Part shown: positions 33,340 through 47,180 of the stretch, in pieces
Position numbering within the stretch: the first letter of the stretch is position 1
How the letters are laid out: every line of letters starts with the position of its first letter
Source: the human T2T-CHM13v2.0 reference genome, Homo sapiens
Reading direction: 5' to 3' (one strand)
Length of the DNA: 64,000 nt
Assembly: GCF_009914755.1 (NCBI RefSeq)
Contig: NC_060942.1
Program-made: the position numbers and the translations under genes
The notes under the pieces: model-generated
What the model was told of the DNA's origin: nothing
The model's input: only the letters and a program-made list of their open reading frames with translations
Database searches by the model: none

Positions 33340-36285
33340 AACCAAGATTTATTCTACCCTGAAACAACCCAAACAGAGACAAAATACACTAAATGTTAGT
33401 TTGTAAAACACTTTACATCAGTCAAAAAAGACAGTATCTTTGAGAGATGGCAAACAATGAGCCCTGAGATAGCCTCAGCTTATTGTCTTGAGAGAGTTTC
33501 AGGGCCACAGCAGAGGGAAGAATTGTGGTAGAGTTCTGCAGATTCCCTAAATTGAAAAGAGGCAGCTGAGAGACCAGGAAGACCAATAAATCTAAGTTCC
33601 CAGGATAGAGTAACAAACAGGAGAAAGCTGAGCAGAGAGAGGCCTGGAGATCTGTAGAGGGTCCGCCTTGAGTATCCAGCTGAGTACCGATCATTACAAA
33701 CACATAAGGAGTCTGCTGGTAGCTGGGGAAATGAACTTGAAAGGATTAGAGGTAACAGTGCCCAGAGCTCACAAGGGCTGGAAGTAGTGCCCCGGATCCT
33801 GCAGCCAGGCTGGAAAACCTCCAGATTCACAAGACAATGGGTAGAGTACTCAGAAAAGTCTTGCCTGGGTGGTGAGGACTGGTTAGTCCTAGATTGAGGA
33901 CAACTCTCTCCTTAGCTAACAAATCTGAAAATCAAGATCTGAGAGGATTAACTTTTTCTAAGCAACTTAACCACATCCTAGAACAAATATCAATAATATT
34001 TTTAGGAATTTAAATAATCTCTTATTCAAAGAGATAAAATTCACAATATCTGGCATCCAATAGAAAATTACCAGTCATGCAGAGATGCAGGAAAATATGA
34101 ATCATTATTAAGGGCTAGATTAATCAATTGAGAGAGACTCTGAACTGACAGAAATGTTGGAATTTGCAGATGACGACAATTAAAGCAGTTTTAAAGACCG
34201 TATTCCATATATTTAAAAGGTTAAGGAGAGACAATGGAGAGATAAAATAATAACCAAATCAACCTATTAGAGATGAAAAGTACAATATGTGGGAATAAAA
34301 ATACATCAAATGAGATTAACTTCAGATTAGACAGTGAAGAAGAAAAGATTAGTGAATCTGAGAAACATTTAAAAAATCAAAAAAAGAAAAGATAATTTCA
34401 AAAAATGAACAGAGTACCAATGATTTGTTCAAGAACTACTGGCAGCCTAATATATGTATAATTAAAGTTTTTGAAGACAGGGGGGTACAAAAATATTTGA
34501 CCACCGTTTTTACCTTAAGAAATAGAAAAATGTGACTAAATTATACTCAAAGTAAGTAGAAGAAAGAAAATCATAAAGCTCACTGTGGACAGCAGTGCAT
34601 AAGGAAATAGAAAATCAATAGAGAAAATATGAAGCCAAAAGTTTGTCTTTAAGATCAATAAAATTGATAACCCTCCAGCTAGATTGATTTTCAAAATAGA
34701 GAGAACACACAAATTATCAATATAAAGATTGAAAGAGGTGGCACTACTAGACAGTCTACAAATATGAAGGAAACATTATATATAAGTTTATGCCAATAAA
34801 TTTGATAACTTTAAAGAAAATAGCCACATTTACTTGAAAGACACAAAATACCAAACATCATTCAAGAAGAAATAGGTAACTTAAAAATCTGTCTATACAC
34901 TAACAAAATTGTATTTGTATTTTTAAAAACATCCACAAAGAAAACTTCAGATCCAGGTGACTTCACTACTGACTTCTACCAAACATTCAAAACAGAAATA
35001 ATATTATTTTTTCTTCCAGAATATTAAAAAGCAGAGAATATTGCCCATTTCATTTAATGAGACTGACTTTATTCTGATAACAAAACCAAAGATATCATAA
35101 GAAAAGAAACTGTACACTGATATACTTCATGAATATACATGCAAAAATTCTAAACAAAATTTTAGCCAATTTAATCAAACAATATGTAAAAAAGACAGTA
35201 CATATGACCAAACAGGCTTATCTAAGGAATGAAGGATGGGTTTAACATTTGAAAATCACTCTATCTAAGTCACTCTATTAACAAAGTAAAAAAGAAAAAG
35301 AACATCCAGGATTATTCATCCCTGATAAACAATACTCAGCAAAACAAGAATAAAAGTGAATTTCTCAACCTGATTAAGGATATTTATCTCATGCTTAATA
35401 GGGAAAGACTGAATGTCTCCCCCTAAACTCACAAAGTTCATAATGTCTTCTCCAACCCAGTCTATTTAACATTCTGGAGGTTCTAGATAGTTCAAAGCAA
35501 GCAATAGAAAGGAATAAAAGGCATCCAGATTAGAAAGGAAAAATCAAACTGTCTTTCTTCTTAGAGGACGTGATGGGCTCTGCAGGAAATCTAATAGGAT
35601 GTGCAATAAAGCTACTAGATCTAATAAGTAAGCTTAGCAAGGTTAAAGGATTAAACATGAATATACAAAAATAAATTGCGTTTCTATATACTAGAAAGAA
35701 CCTATTGGAAACTGAAGCTTTAAAATTACAACTTACAACAACATCAAGAATTATTACGTTCTTACAATTTATAATTACAGGTCTGATGTTTAATTTTATA
35801 ATTAAAGGACTGGTCTGACAAAAGATGTAAAGACCTGTACACCCATACAGAAGAATGCAGAAAAAAATGTAAAGAAGATCTAACTCAATGGAGAGATCTA
35901 TTTTGTTCTGCATCAGAAAGCACAATATTTTAAGATGTCACTTTACCCCAAGTTGATCGATATGTTAATCTCAACCTACTATATGATTCCAATTATGTAA
36001 AATTCTAGAAAATGCAAACAAATTGATAGTGACAGAAGGCCAATTGATGAGTTGTCTGGGGACTGGGGCGGACGGGTGTTGTAGTCAAGAATGAGTGGAA
36101 AGAAGAGATTACAAAGGGACACGAAGAACTTTTAGGGGCGATGGATATGTCCCTCATCTTGACTACAGTGATGGGTTCACAGTTATTTGCATATGTCAAA
36201 ACTTATGAAATTGTATACTTTAAATATGTGCAGTTTTTTACATGTCAACTATACCTCAACAAAGCTACTAAAGTGGTTTTTAAAA
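33340..36285 (+). mobile_element. Old L1M (MC/MD-like): 5'/ORF1 remnants, ORF2 remnants and 3' end
   Basis: A-rich L1 sequence (agattagacagtgaagaagaaaagattagtgaa, gaaataaaaggcatccagattagaaagga); 3' end tatgtgcagtt...caactatacctcaacaaagct. Confidence 0.75.
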
Positions 36286-37392
36286 GAGAATGAAAGCGAT
36301 GAATAGGCATATTGCTTCTTTCTTTTAAAAAATTCAAATTGTGAATCAATGCTTTTCCTCTATTTTTCAAAATAACTTGAAGTTGTTGTGCCAGTTCTTG
36401 CTTCTCTCCATGTAAACCAATCCCAGATAAAAACTTGAACAAACAAAACACATTTTTTATATTTAAGTTATCTACGCTGATTAATTGGTGATTCTATTTC
36501 TCTTGTATTTTAAACAAGGGGCAAGTCCATGGATGGCTCAGTTTCTCTCTGCACCTGTCATGGCCTTAGAGCTTGTTTTACAGATCTGCCATTGGCTGCC
36601 GTGGGAAGGTAGCAGGTAAGAAAATTGGAGTACCCCAAATGTCCAAAGGTGGACAATGACTCCCACTTTCCACAGGTGAGCACTTAGTGGTAGGAAAGAT
36701 GCCCTTTGCTCAGGATGAGATAGTTTGGATGGACCTGAGATTGCTGAAGAAGGCCATTTATTTATAATACAGGGAGTGGAAAATTAGGCCATTGTGTTTC
36801 TGCACAGGGGAAGAATTCATAAAAAGTCACACAGAATTATTTTTATATAACTGACAATGACATCGTTGTAAGGTGGAAACAGAGCTTTATTTGTCTTACT
36901 TAAAATGATATATAGAGCACTTGTCTGTTTATTCCACTGCAAACAGCTTCTGCAAAAACAGCCGTAAATCCCTGGGGGTTTCTACTGATAGTTATAAGTT
37001 ACTTGAGCAAAATCTCTCAAGCAAGTTGCTGCCTTGCAGGTATCCATTATTCTAAATTCAAAGGCCTTTTTCTTATTGTTTGTTTGTTTGTGTTGAAAGT
37101 GTATTTTCCCCAAAAATTATGTTACATGCAATATTACTTTAAAAATATAAAATGTGTCAGAACAGAGCTACTTTTCAAATAGGTAAGTCTGTGTACCTAA
37201 ATCAAAACACACACAGCCAAAGGGGGAAACACTCGATAAATAGGCTTTATAATCAAATCTGGCTCAGGTTAAAGTGAAGTTAGTTTGATGGATTCAGCTG
37301 AGGCCCTAGTAAATAACAGCCTCTGTAATTAAGCTACCATTGCTTAGCCTCCCTGGGAGCTTACGGGCAGCTCAAAGATGTAAGAGTGACAA

Positions 37393-37475
37393 CCAGGAGG
37401 CAAACTTCAGAAATGAGCAGACAGCATGCCCACCCACGTGCTAGTCCCTTCTCAGCCCTCAGCACATTACACCAA
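37393..37475 (+). repeat. 83-bp dispersed direct repeat, copy 1
   Basis: Aligns without gaps to 38690-38772 with 7 mismatches by manual count. Confidence 0.9.
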
Positions 37476-38689
37476 GAGATGAGCCAGGGATAGCTGCTGC
37501 TATCCACAGGCAAAGCCAAATGTCAATGACATTGACTGGCAAAGCCCATGTTTGGGAAGGTGAAAGTAACAAGCCCACCTCAACAAATGCTAAAGACACC
37601 TGCCCCCTTTTCTGTCACCTGTCTGGAGCCTGTCATTTTCTGTTCTTCTTCTATATATCTGTATCTATAGACATACATACACAATTTTATCTGTCTATAG
37701 ACATCCAGACACCATTATTCATGTGTACTCATAAGTGCATATACATGCATACATATTCATACATATACCCCTAAAAGAAAATACCAGAGCAGAGAGAGAA
37801 GCAGCGGCTTTGTAGCATAAAATTCTGGGTCCAAATCTTAGCATAGTCACTTTTTTACCATGTGCCAGACATATTAGGCATTGGGGAGACAGTTGCTACC
37901 ACAAGGAGCTCCCTAACTAGTGGGATGGAAAAGCACACAAATAACTTTAATATAACATGCCAAAAGCTAAACTAGAAATAAGTAGGGTGTTATGTGATCA
38001 TAGAGAGATAGAGCATTCAGATTTAACCTATTGAAGAAGAAAACTAAACTAAATTTTATAGGACGAGGTAGTAACTTCATGTTCCTTGGCCTTATTTTCT
38101 CCATCTACAGAATGTACATGTATAGCATGTATTAATACATCTACAGTATTGATATGAGAAATAAACAAAAGTATGATGTGAAGTCCCTAGTAAGAAATAT
38201 TAGTTCCTGTCCTGATGACCCTGTCTCCTTCTCCTATTCCTCAAATTAGATGAATGAATATAAACAATCTTTTGTCAAGGGTATAAAATTGTAAGTACCT
38301 ATCCCACATAGAAAGTTAGGGAGGAGAGAGCATTGTGGATTGAAGTAAGGATTTCTGACTTCTATTTATTATGACAAATTAATTTACAACACAGAGAAAA
38401 AGCAAAACTCTTGTTTATTCATTAAAAACTACATCTAAAAATTTTTCTCCATTTCTTTCTTTATTAAGTTTATGCAAAAGCAAACAAATTTCTTCTATCT
38501 TGATGGGTGTTCCAATTTTTCCTATCATTCTGTGCGTGTATGATACAGCCAGGCCATCCCTGGTGTGGCTGACAGAGCTGCTCAGACAACCCTTCAAGGC
38601 AGGACTCGCTACCCAGTTTCAAGAAGCATGATGGGCAGACAGTCTCCGGCTGTAGACTGTTTGAGGTTTGGAGTGCGTCACAATATTCT

Positions 38690-38772
38690 CCAGGTGGCAA
38701 ACTTCAGAAATGAGCAGACAGCTTACCCACCTCCGTGCTAGTCCCTTCTCAGCCCTCAACCCATTACACCAA
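38690..38772 (+). repeat. 83-bp dispersed direct repeat, copy 2
   Basis: Aligns to 37393-37475. Confidence 0.9.
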
Positions 38773-38779
38773 TAGAGTT

Positions 38780-39723
38780 ACAGGAGTGGGCCCATAACAA
38801 TGGGAGCCACAAGTGGTGCCATCACTGTGCTACTCAGAAGCTACTGGCCAGATAGCTGTTGTCATGGTGGGCCGAAGGTGCAAGTGAAATGCCATCATGG
38901 TGGTAATAACTCGTGAGAATGAGGCCCCATCCTCCAGAACATGGTATATGAACTAAATGAGAAACTTTAAATGGCCCAGTCTCCCCACTAGGAAGAATAC
39001 GAGGGCCTGGAAGAATACACGGGTCTGAAATCCAGGAATTAAAGCAGGAGTGGCCCCACCTAGCATCAATTCCAATGACCCATGGGATGAACTTGTCCTT
39101 TCTGCCCTGCAACCAGAGGCTCTGTTGAGTTGGAGACTCTTATTTCCAAAGAAGTCTGCTCTTACCAGGGAACAAAACAAAAGTCCATGATTGTTGCCTG
39201 GGCACTTTGGCTTCCTTGTGTCCAGGGGTCAGTAGGCAAGAAGAGGAGTCACCATTCTGTGAGGGATAACTGACTCCAATCAGTAGGAAAAGTGGGACTA
39301 GTGTTACACAATGGGATTGGATGGATGTGTGTGTGAAACTCAGGTGGCCCGCCTGGGTGCTTCTTGGTACTTCCTTGTTCAATTGCAACTATAACTGAAT
39401 AAGTGCAGTTACCTTGGCCTGAAGATGGCATGATTACAGGAGGCTCAGACCACTTAGGTATGAGGGTTTGGTCAAACCACCATGTAAGCCACATGGAATC
39501 AGCAGGGATAGTAGCTGAAGGTGAAGGGAATTTTATAAGGGAGAGAGGACTTATCTGCAAGTGAGGGATGCCATGAGTATAGTCATGGCCTTGAGGCAGA
39601 CTGCAGCAGTGGGTGCATCCCATAAACCTCCCTCCCTTAAGTTTCCCATTAGGAATAGGGGCCCACCAGAACCCTGGAGGTTCTACTCCTTGAAAGAGTA
39701 TCCATGTGGTGCAAGGAGAGGAC
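38780..39723 (+). mobile_element. ERVL (ERV3-16A3-like) internal remnant: integrase C-terminus, dUTPase, PPT
   Basis: Translates ILQNMVYELN...GPVSPLGRI (integrase end) and GHFGFLVSRGQ*ARRGVTIL*GITDSNQ at 39200-39283 (dUTPase motifs II/III); purine tract gcaaggagaggac immediately before the LTR TG. Confidence 0.75.
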
Positions 39724-40102
39724 TGTGGCAGACATGCTACTCAGATGCACCTTCTAGAAAGACTTGCATTATTAATGAGTGTGGTTAGCTGACAGCTTCA
39801 AAATGGTAGCACCTTGAGGATCTACTTCAGCTTTTGAAGAGGCCTCCAGCTAATGACTGAGTGAAGCCTCACTGCAAGGGCCTGGTCACTTCAGCCCAAT
39901 GTGGAACTCTTCTAATGGTCAATCTTTTTGCTCTGGAGCTCCCCTGTGGGTTGGCAGAGAATTGTTGTCCACGAACCAATGGGTCCTCCTGCCCAATCCT
40001 GCTCCCTCCCCTTTGCCTTTCTTGGGTATTATTCCACAATAAACCATTCACACTTCTAACTCTATCCCAGCACCTGCTTCTTGGAGAATCCAAACTATGA
40101 TA
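39724..40102 (+). mobile_element. LTR16-like ERVL 3' LTR
   Basis: Starts TGTGG after the PPT; AATAAA followed by ...cagcacctgcttcttggagaatccaaactatgata. Confidence 0.7.
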
Positions 40103-40620
40103 TGGAGGGGCAGGGCCAAACAAATCCAATGGGAACCAGGGAGCTGTTCTCCTGGAGGATTTGTCTGATACAAAACTTTCCTGAGAACCTTTGTCTCCAG
40201 CTCCTGCCCCACAGAAAGAAACATGCAAGGAGCTCCAACTTCTCCCTGAAGTTGCAGATTCAGACAACTCTGATGATGGGACCCCAAGGCTTCTGAACAG
40301 ATGCTGCCTAAGCTCCAAACCTCATTTTCTAGTCTCTGCTTACCTATATTTCTAAGCTTTTATTTATCCCTCTTTCTTCTATTCCTGATTTCCTGGTTCC
40401 TAAAACCCTTGGCTTTGGGATCATGATCTCCATTGTCCAATGACCTTCTCTGTGTGCTTCTTCCCCACATCTCAGGGCTGGTCTATTTGCCTGGTCCAAT
40501 CTCACTACTACTGGTTTCCCCTGCCTGAACTACCTCCAAGATCCTTCCAGTCTTACTCTTTAGAATGAAGTGCCCGGTTCCTACTTCTACCTATGACCCC
40601 TTGCTGTTCAGTCCCTGTGA

Positions 40621-40959
<339 letters not shown>

Positions 40960-42638
40960 TAACTGATCCTATAACATTGGAAATTCTAATTTTTACACTG
41001 ACTGCCAGACCCGGAGAAGAAAAGGAACAATGTCTTTGCCTTTCTTCTCCATGCAACACCTCACATAATTGCATGTACTCCCTATAGACTTGCAACAAAT
41101 CCTTTCAGAAGCATTACGTGGCATTTCTAAGCATCAAATGTGATTTGTATTGACTTAAGTCATGCTTCATGTATTGACATGAAGTCCATGCTTCAAAAAC
41201 CAATTATTTATTAATCATTAACTCAGTCCTTACTATAAGCCAGCCCTTAGTCACTTCCAAACAAGAAGACTCCCAAAGTGGTACATATGTAGAGTTGGGT
41301 TGTTTAGTTGTTTGTTTGCTTTGCCACTCCCTGAATTTCTTTATGATACTTTATGTAGACCTTTTAATGTTCTCTGCTATTCATTTTTAAGTTGGTGGTT
41401 CAATTAGTACTACTTCCTTGTGGAAAAAGTCATAATATTATTTAAATTGACATAATCAAGGACATTTTTAGGACAATGACCCCAAACGTGGCCCATTTTA
41501 TTGTTCTTTTCTCCTCATTGTTCCTATTTTCTATCTCACATTTATATTCTGTCATCTTGTTTTCTTCTAGAAAATCTAAGTTTAGAGAAAGAAAGTATCT
41601 TCTTTTGACTATCATTATGATGTTTGCTTTTTTTTTTTTTCTTTTAAGGAGCTAAGCCTCTATAGTTTGGTGAAACCAAAATTTTAAAGTTAGAAAAAAA
41701 AGAAGAAAAATCAACTCTAAGTGCAATCTTCCAAATATATAGAGAGAGCTTAAACCATCTGATATCACAAGCTCACTGTCTAAATTAACCTGACTTTACT
41801 ATTCCTGGAAATTCTTGCCTAGGAAGACAAAGTTGTCAGTAATTTTACTGTTTCTTTCAAGTATTTCTCCAAAATCCTTTTTTTCCCCCAGATGATAGAC
41901 TACTAGCCTCCTCAATTAGCCCTTATTAGAGTAAGTACCTCATTCTCAGGGTTCATCAAACAAATATTTACTCAATATTGTCCTAGAAATTCTTACCGTC
42001 TATGTAATCCTAAATGATTACATCCCCAAGCCTGCCCAACTGCAATTAGATCACCCTCCCCAGCCAATCCCCTCCATGTCAATACACCCACATAACTCCC
42101 CTGACCCCCAAAACCTCATATGCTTCTCACTTTTGTCCTTCCTGCTCAGAGATGCTACTAAGACTCAGCTTTGCTTGATCATGGGTTATTTTGGTATTTT
42201 TTCAGGGAATCACCAGTCAACAGCCACCAATATTTAATGGGTACCTAGCACTGACCTACATTTTGTAGGCACATAATAAATAGTCTAGTGGGTAAGAAGG
42301 ATACATAAAAATCCATAATTTTAGGCAGAATCAAGTAAATGCTTTCATAAATGCGTGAACAGCCCATCCTGATGGAACTCACCAAAGGATCTGCTAGCAC
42401 TTTTTAGAGGAAGTGATCATGGAATTTAGGGTGTTGTAAAGGCTAACTTGCAACCTTCTGGAGGCTTACACCTTGTAGTGACTTTCTTTTAATTCTCAGA
42501 TAACTTCTGGAGATTCCTATGGCCACTTTAATTAGAAACAACATGAAATAAGTCCAAAATTTCATCAGTTGCTCTAATCCTTGATACTGTGGTGATGAAT
42601 TTTTGGGGGCTCCCTCAAAGAAGAAAATAGGATTCAAG

Positions 42639-42783
42639 CACACTCACACACACGCAGACACACATGCACACACAAACATATATATATACACACACACATA
42701 TATATACACACACACATATATATATACACACACACATATATATACACACACATACACACATACATATACATATATATACATAT
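42639..42783. repeat. Compound (CA)n/(TA)n microsatellite
   Basis: ~145 bp of near-uninterrupted purine-pyrimidine alternation. Confidence 0.95.
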
Positions 42784-45181
42784 CTCAAGGAGGCAGAACC
42801 TACCTATCTGCCAGGGCCATCCTGCTCTTTCTACAGCCTGTGGACCTGCAGACCATCTTCCCAGCCATCTGGTGGAATCTTAGTCCTAAGACAAGGCACG
42901 ATGTTTCGTGGTCAGTCACCCATGCTTCCTGCAACCTACTCCGACAGTGGAAAAACACACCAAAGCACTTGTTTAAACAAAGCTTACTGAAACAGAACTC
43001 TGATGGTCCTCTAATATATTTTTTCATGGGGTTTGGTTGGGGGATGGTGGAGCTGGTGGTATAACCAATACGTTTTGGTAAACATGAAGCAAATTAAACA
43101 AAATGAGGCTTTTGTTCCCATGGTAATTGTATAATTTTCTCTTAAGGAAAGTATGGATTTTGTTTGTGCAGCTGACAATTACTGTTGAAAGTACAGTGTG
43201 GCCTGCCATTAGTTTTCTGAAGATGGTCCCAATCCAAGAATGTTTTGAGAATATTCTATTAGCCTAAACAGAAGCTATTCCCATTAGAAATAAATATTCT
43301 GGCCACATCCTAATTACACTTTTAAAATTAAAAAAAAAAGGCATTCGTGTGTTCATAGTAACTGTATTTCTACATTGTCCACAAAAAAATATCAACCTGA
43401 TTTCCAATGAGTTAATAAAGTTTCAGTGTCTTGCAGTGATTCAGCTTAACTTTGTTGAGAAGTAGTCCAAGTATGTGGAGAAACAGCAGGTGCTGGAAAC
43501 AAAAGCCTCTTTCTACCCTTTGTCAAGATAACAAGATTCAAAGAGTCTCATACAATGACCAAAAGTTGATCAGGGCCATAGTCATCCTATCAGGAGAGCA
43601 TAGGAGCCACCTTCTACCTCATTAGCACTGTTTATCTCATATCGTGTTAGCATTCATTTTCAGTAATATGATATAAGAATGTAATGATGTATAAGTGTTT
43701 TTTAATGTTGTGTAAGTGAAAACAGGTGGGTAATTTACCATGGGCTCCATGCAGATTGGAGCTGGCATTTCACAAAGAGAACACTGAGCTATTTTTTTTT
43801 TTTTGGTAAGTATTTTTTTTTTAGCCTGGGTCAGATTTCAACAACCATGGTTTTTAAAGTCACTTAGTCATGTCTATACGAGGCATGACACCACAGATCT
43901 GTGAACCCAAAGCAAAAATCAAGAGAGTTATTTACCAGGGCTGAATGCCTCAACCAACAACAAGCATGCTTATATCGTTAACTTTCGTTCAGTATGGAAG
44001 CGAAGAGGGGACAGCAGTTTAAACAAGGTATCACGGGTATTCAAAGAAGCCCATAATTAGAGTACAAGCTGCTGATTAGAGCACTGGCCCTGCCTAGATA
44101 CCTGGCCGCTGAGCTAATGGACAATTCTTTATGCAGAAGTCAGGAGTGTTACTTTATAAGAGTTATGATGAACATCGGGTGGCATTGATTAGTCCCTGCT
44201 TTTCCCAGGAAGTTAGAAAGAATTTGTATACCTCTACATCTTTTTATAAAATACTCAGGTGACATTCCTGTTGCCAAGATATCAATAATCTGAATTAATT
44301 TCATCATCATCAATACTAGCTGAGCTAATAAAGCTGGAGAAGCCAGGTGTCTTCATGCCTTTTTCTAGGACAAGTGTTACTCAGAGTCTCCCATGACTAT
44401 TTGCTGATGAAAGGTTATAATAGATTTAATAACGTCTGAGAAAGTAAAGAGCTAATTTTGTAAGTGAAAGTGAGATGCTTCTTTCTACCCCAAACGTTTG
44501 TAGAGACAGCACTTTTTATTTTCCAGATTTTCTACTTTCCCATTTTAATATTGAAATAGAAGAAAAATGTTCCCCACCAAGTGCATTTCTGCAGCCTTGT
44601 TCTGTGTCTCACGTTGCCTGTCAGTCTGTGATACTACATTCCACAATGCCCTGCGGGAGAAAGAAATTGTGTCCAGACGCAGCCATGGGAATGGAATTTC
44701 CCATACCTTGAGAGTGACCTCCAATTTGACCTTAAAATTAAAAACTTGTTTGTGAACTCCTGAGAGGGAAAAAGAAGTATATAACAGTAGCTGCTGTTTA
44801 AAAATATAATTGGCAAGCATAGTATAGAAACAACACATGAGTCAATCATGGGCTCCCTTAGATCCCAACAACTCACAGCCCAGATTTCCTGTGTTTTCCT
44901 GCCCATGAATGGGGTGAACCACCCGTGTAAACATCCAGGAGGGAAAAGAACGATTCCTTTCTAATCCCCATTTGCACTGGTAACTTTTCCCCAGTGTTTG
45001 TTTAAGAACTGGCATCTCTCACTCATTCAGTCACAGTCTGAGAATTTGTCATCAGGCTCATTTGTGCTTAAGAGCACAGATTGGAGCTTTGGCACCAGAA
45101 AAGGCTTGAGTCTCAACTCTACCACTTGCCAGCTGTGTGACCTCAGTTTCCTGATCTGTAAAATGGTGATAAACAGTGATA

Positions 45182-45490
45182 CAGTAGTCCCCCTTATCAG
45201 TAGGGTATATGTCCCAAGATCCCCAGTGGATACCTGAAACCACAGATAGTACCAAGCCCTATACTATGCATACATACCTAAGATAAAGTTTAATTTATAA
45301 ATTAGGCAAAGTAAAAGGTTGACAACACTCACTAATAATAAAGTAGAACAATTATAACAATATACTGTAATAAAAGTTACATGAATGTGGTCTCTGTCTC
45401 TCTCTAAATACTGTAATATTTTCAGACCATGGTTGACGTTAGGTAACTGAAACCATGGAAAGTGAAACTGCAGAAAAAGGGGAACTACTG
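45182..45490. mobile_element. MER44A-like (Tigger7-derived) MITE inserted in a MIR
   Basis: TIRs cagtagtccccctt / aaggggaactactg; TA on both sides; MIR sequence (tgtgacctcagtttcctgatctgtaaaatgg) on the left. Confidence 0.85.
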
Positions 45491-45909
45491 TATGTACCTA
45501 AGACGGTTGTTTTGAGAAGAAAAGTTTATATACTGGTACCTCATTTCACTAATAGTCTATGTCATGAATTTTTCTTCTTATGGAAATTGCCGAATGACTA
45601 TTATTCCTTATGATCAAGAGAGTTTTAGATGCTGTATCCATTTCTGCCCTATGAGAAAATGATGAACAAAAAGGTATGTTACTAATGTCGTCAACAATAT
45701 ATCACATTTCACAGTTTATGGATGTATTCACATCACATTATTTAATCCTTGCAATAATCCTGTTATTAATCTTTGGATGGCTATTATTGCCTGTATTGTC
45801 CAGATGACATATTACTACCTCTATTTATGTATTGAGAGGTAAAGTCCAAACATTGTAAGGGACTTATTCAAGTTCAGATATTGTCTGTACAACTAGACTA
45901 TGGATTTGA

Positions 45910-47180
<1,271 letters not shown>

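Noticed and set aside
37393-38772. Direct repeats as a CRISPR array or LTR pair
   Set aside because: Only two copies, eukaryotic context, no TG...CA ends, TSD, PBS or internal retroviral sequence between them.
42603-43064. His/Thr/Tyr-rich 153-aa ORF
   Set aside because: It is an artefact of the stop-free CA/TA microsatellite.
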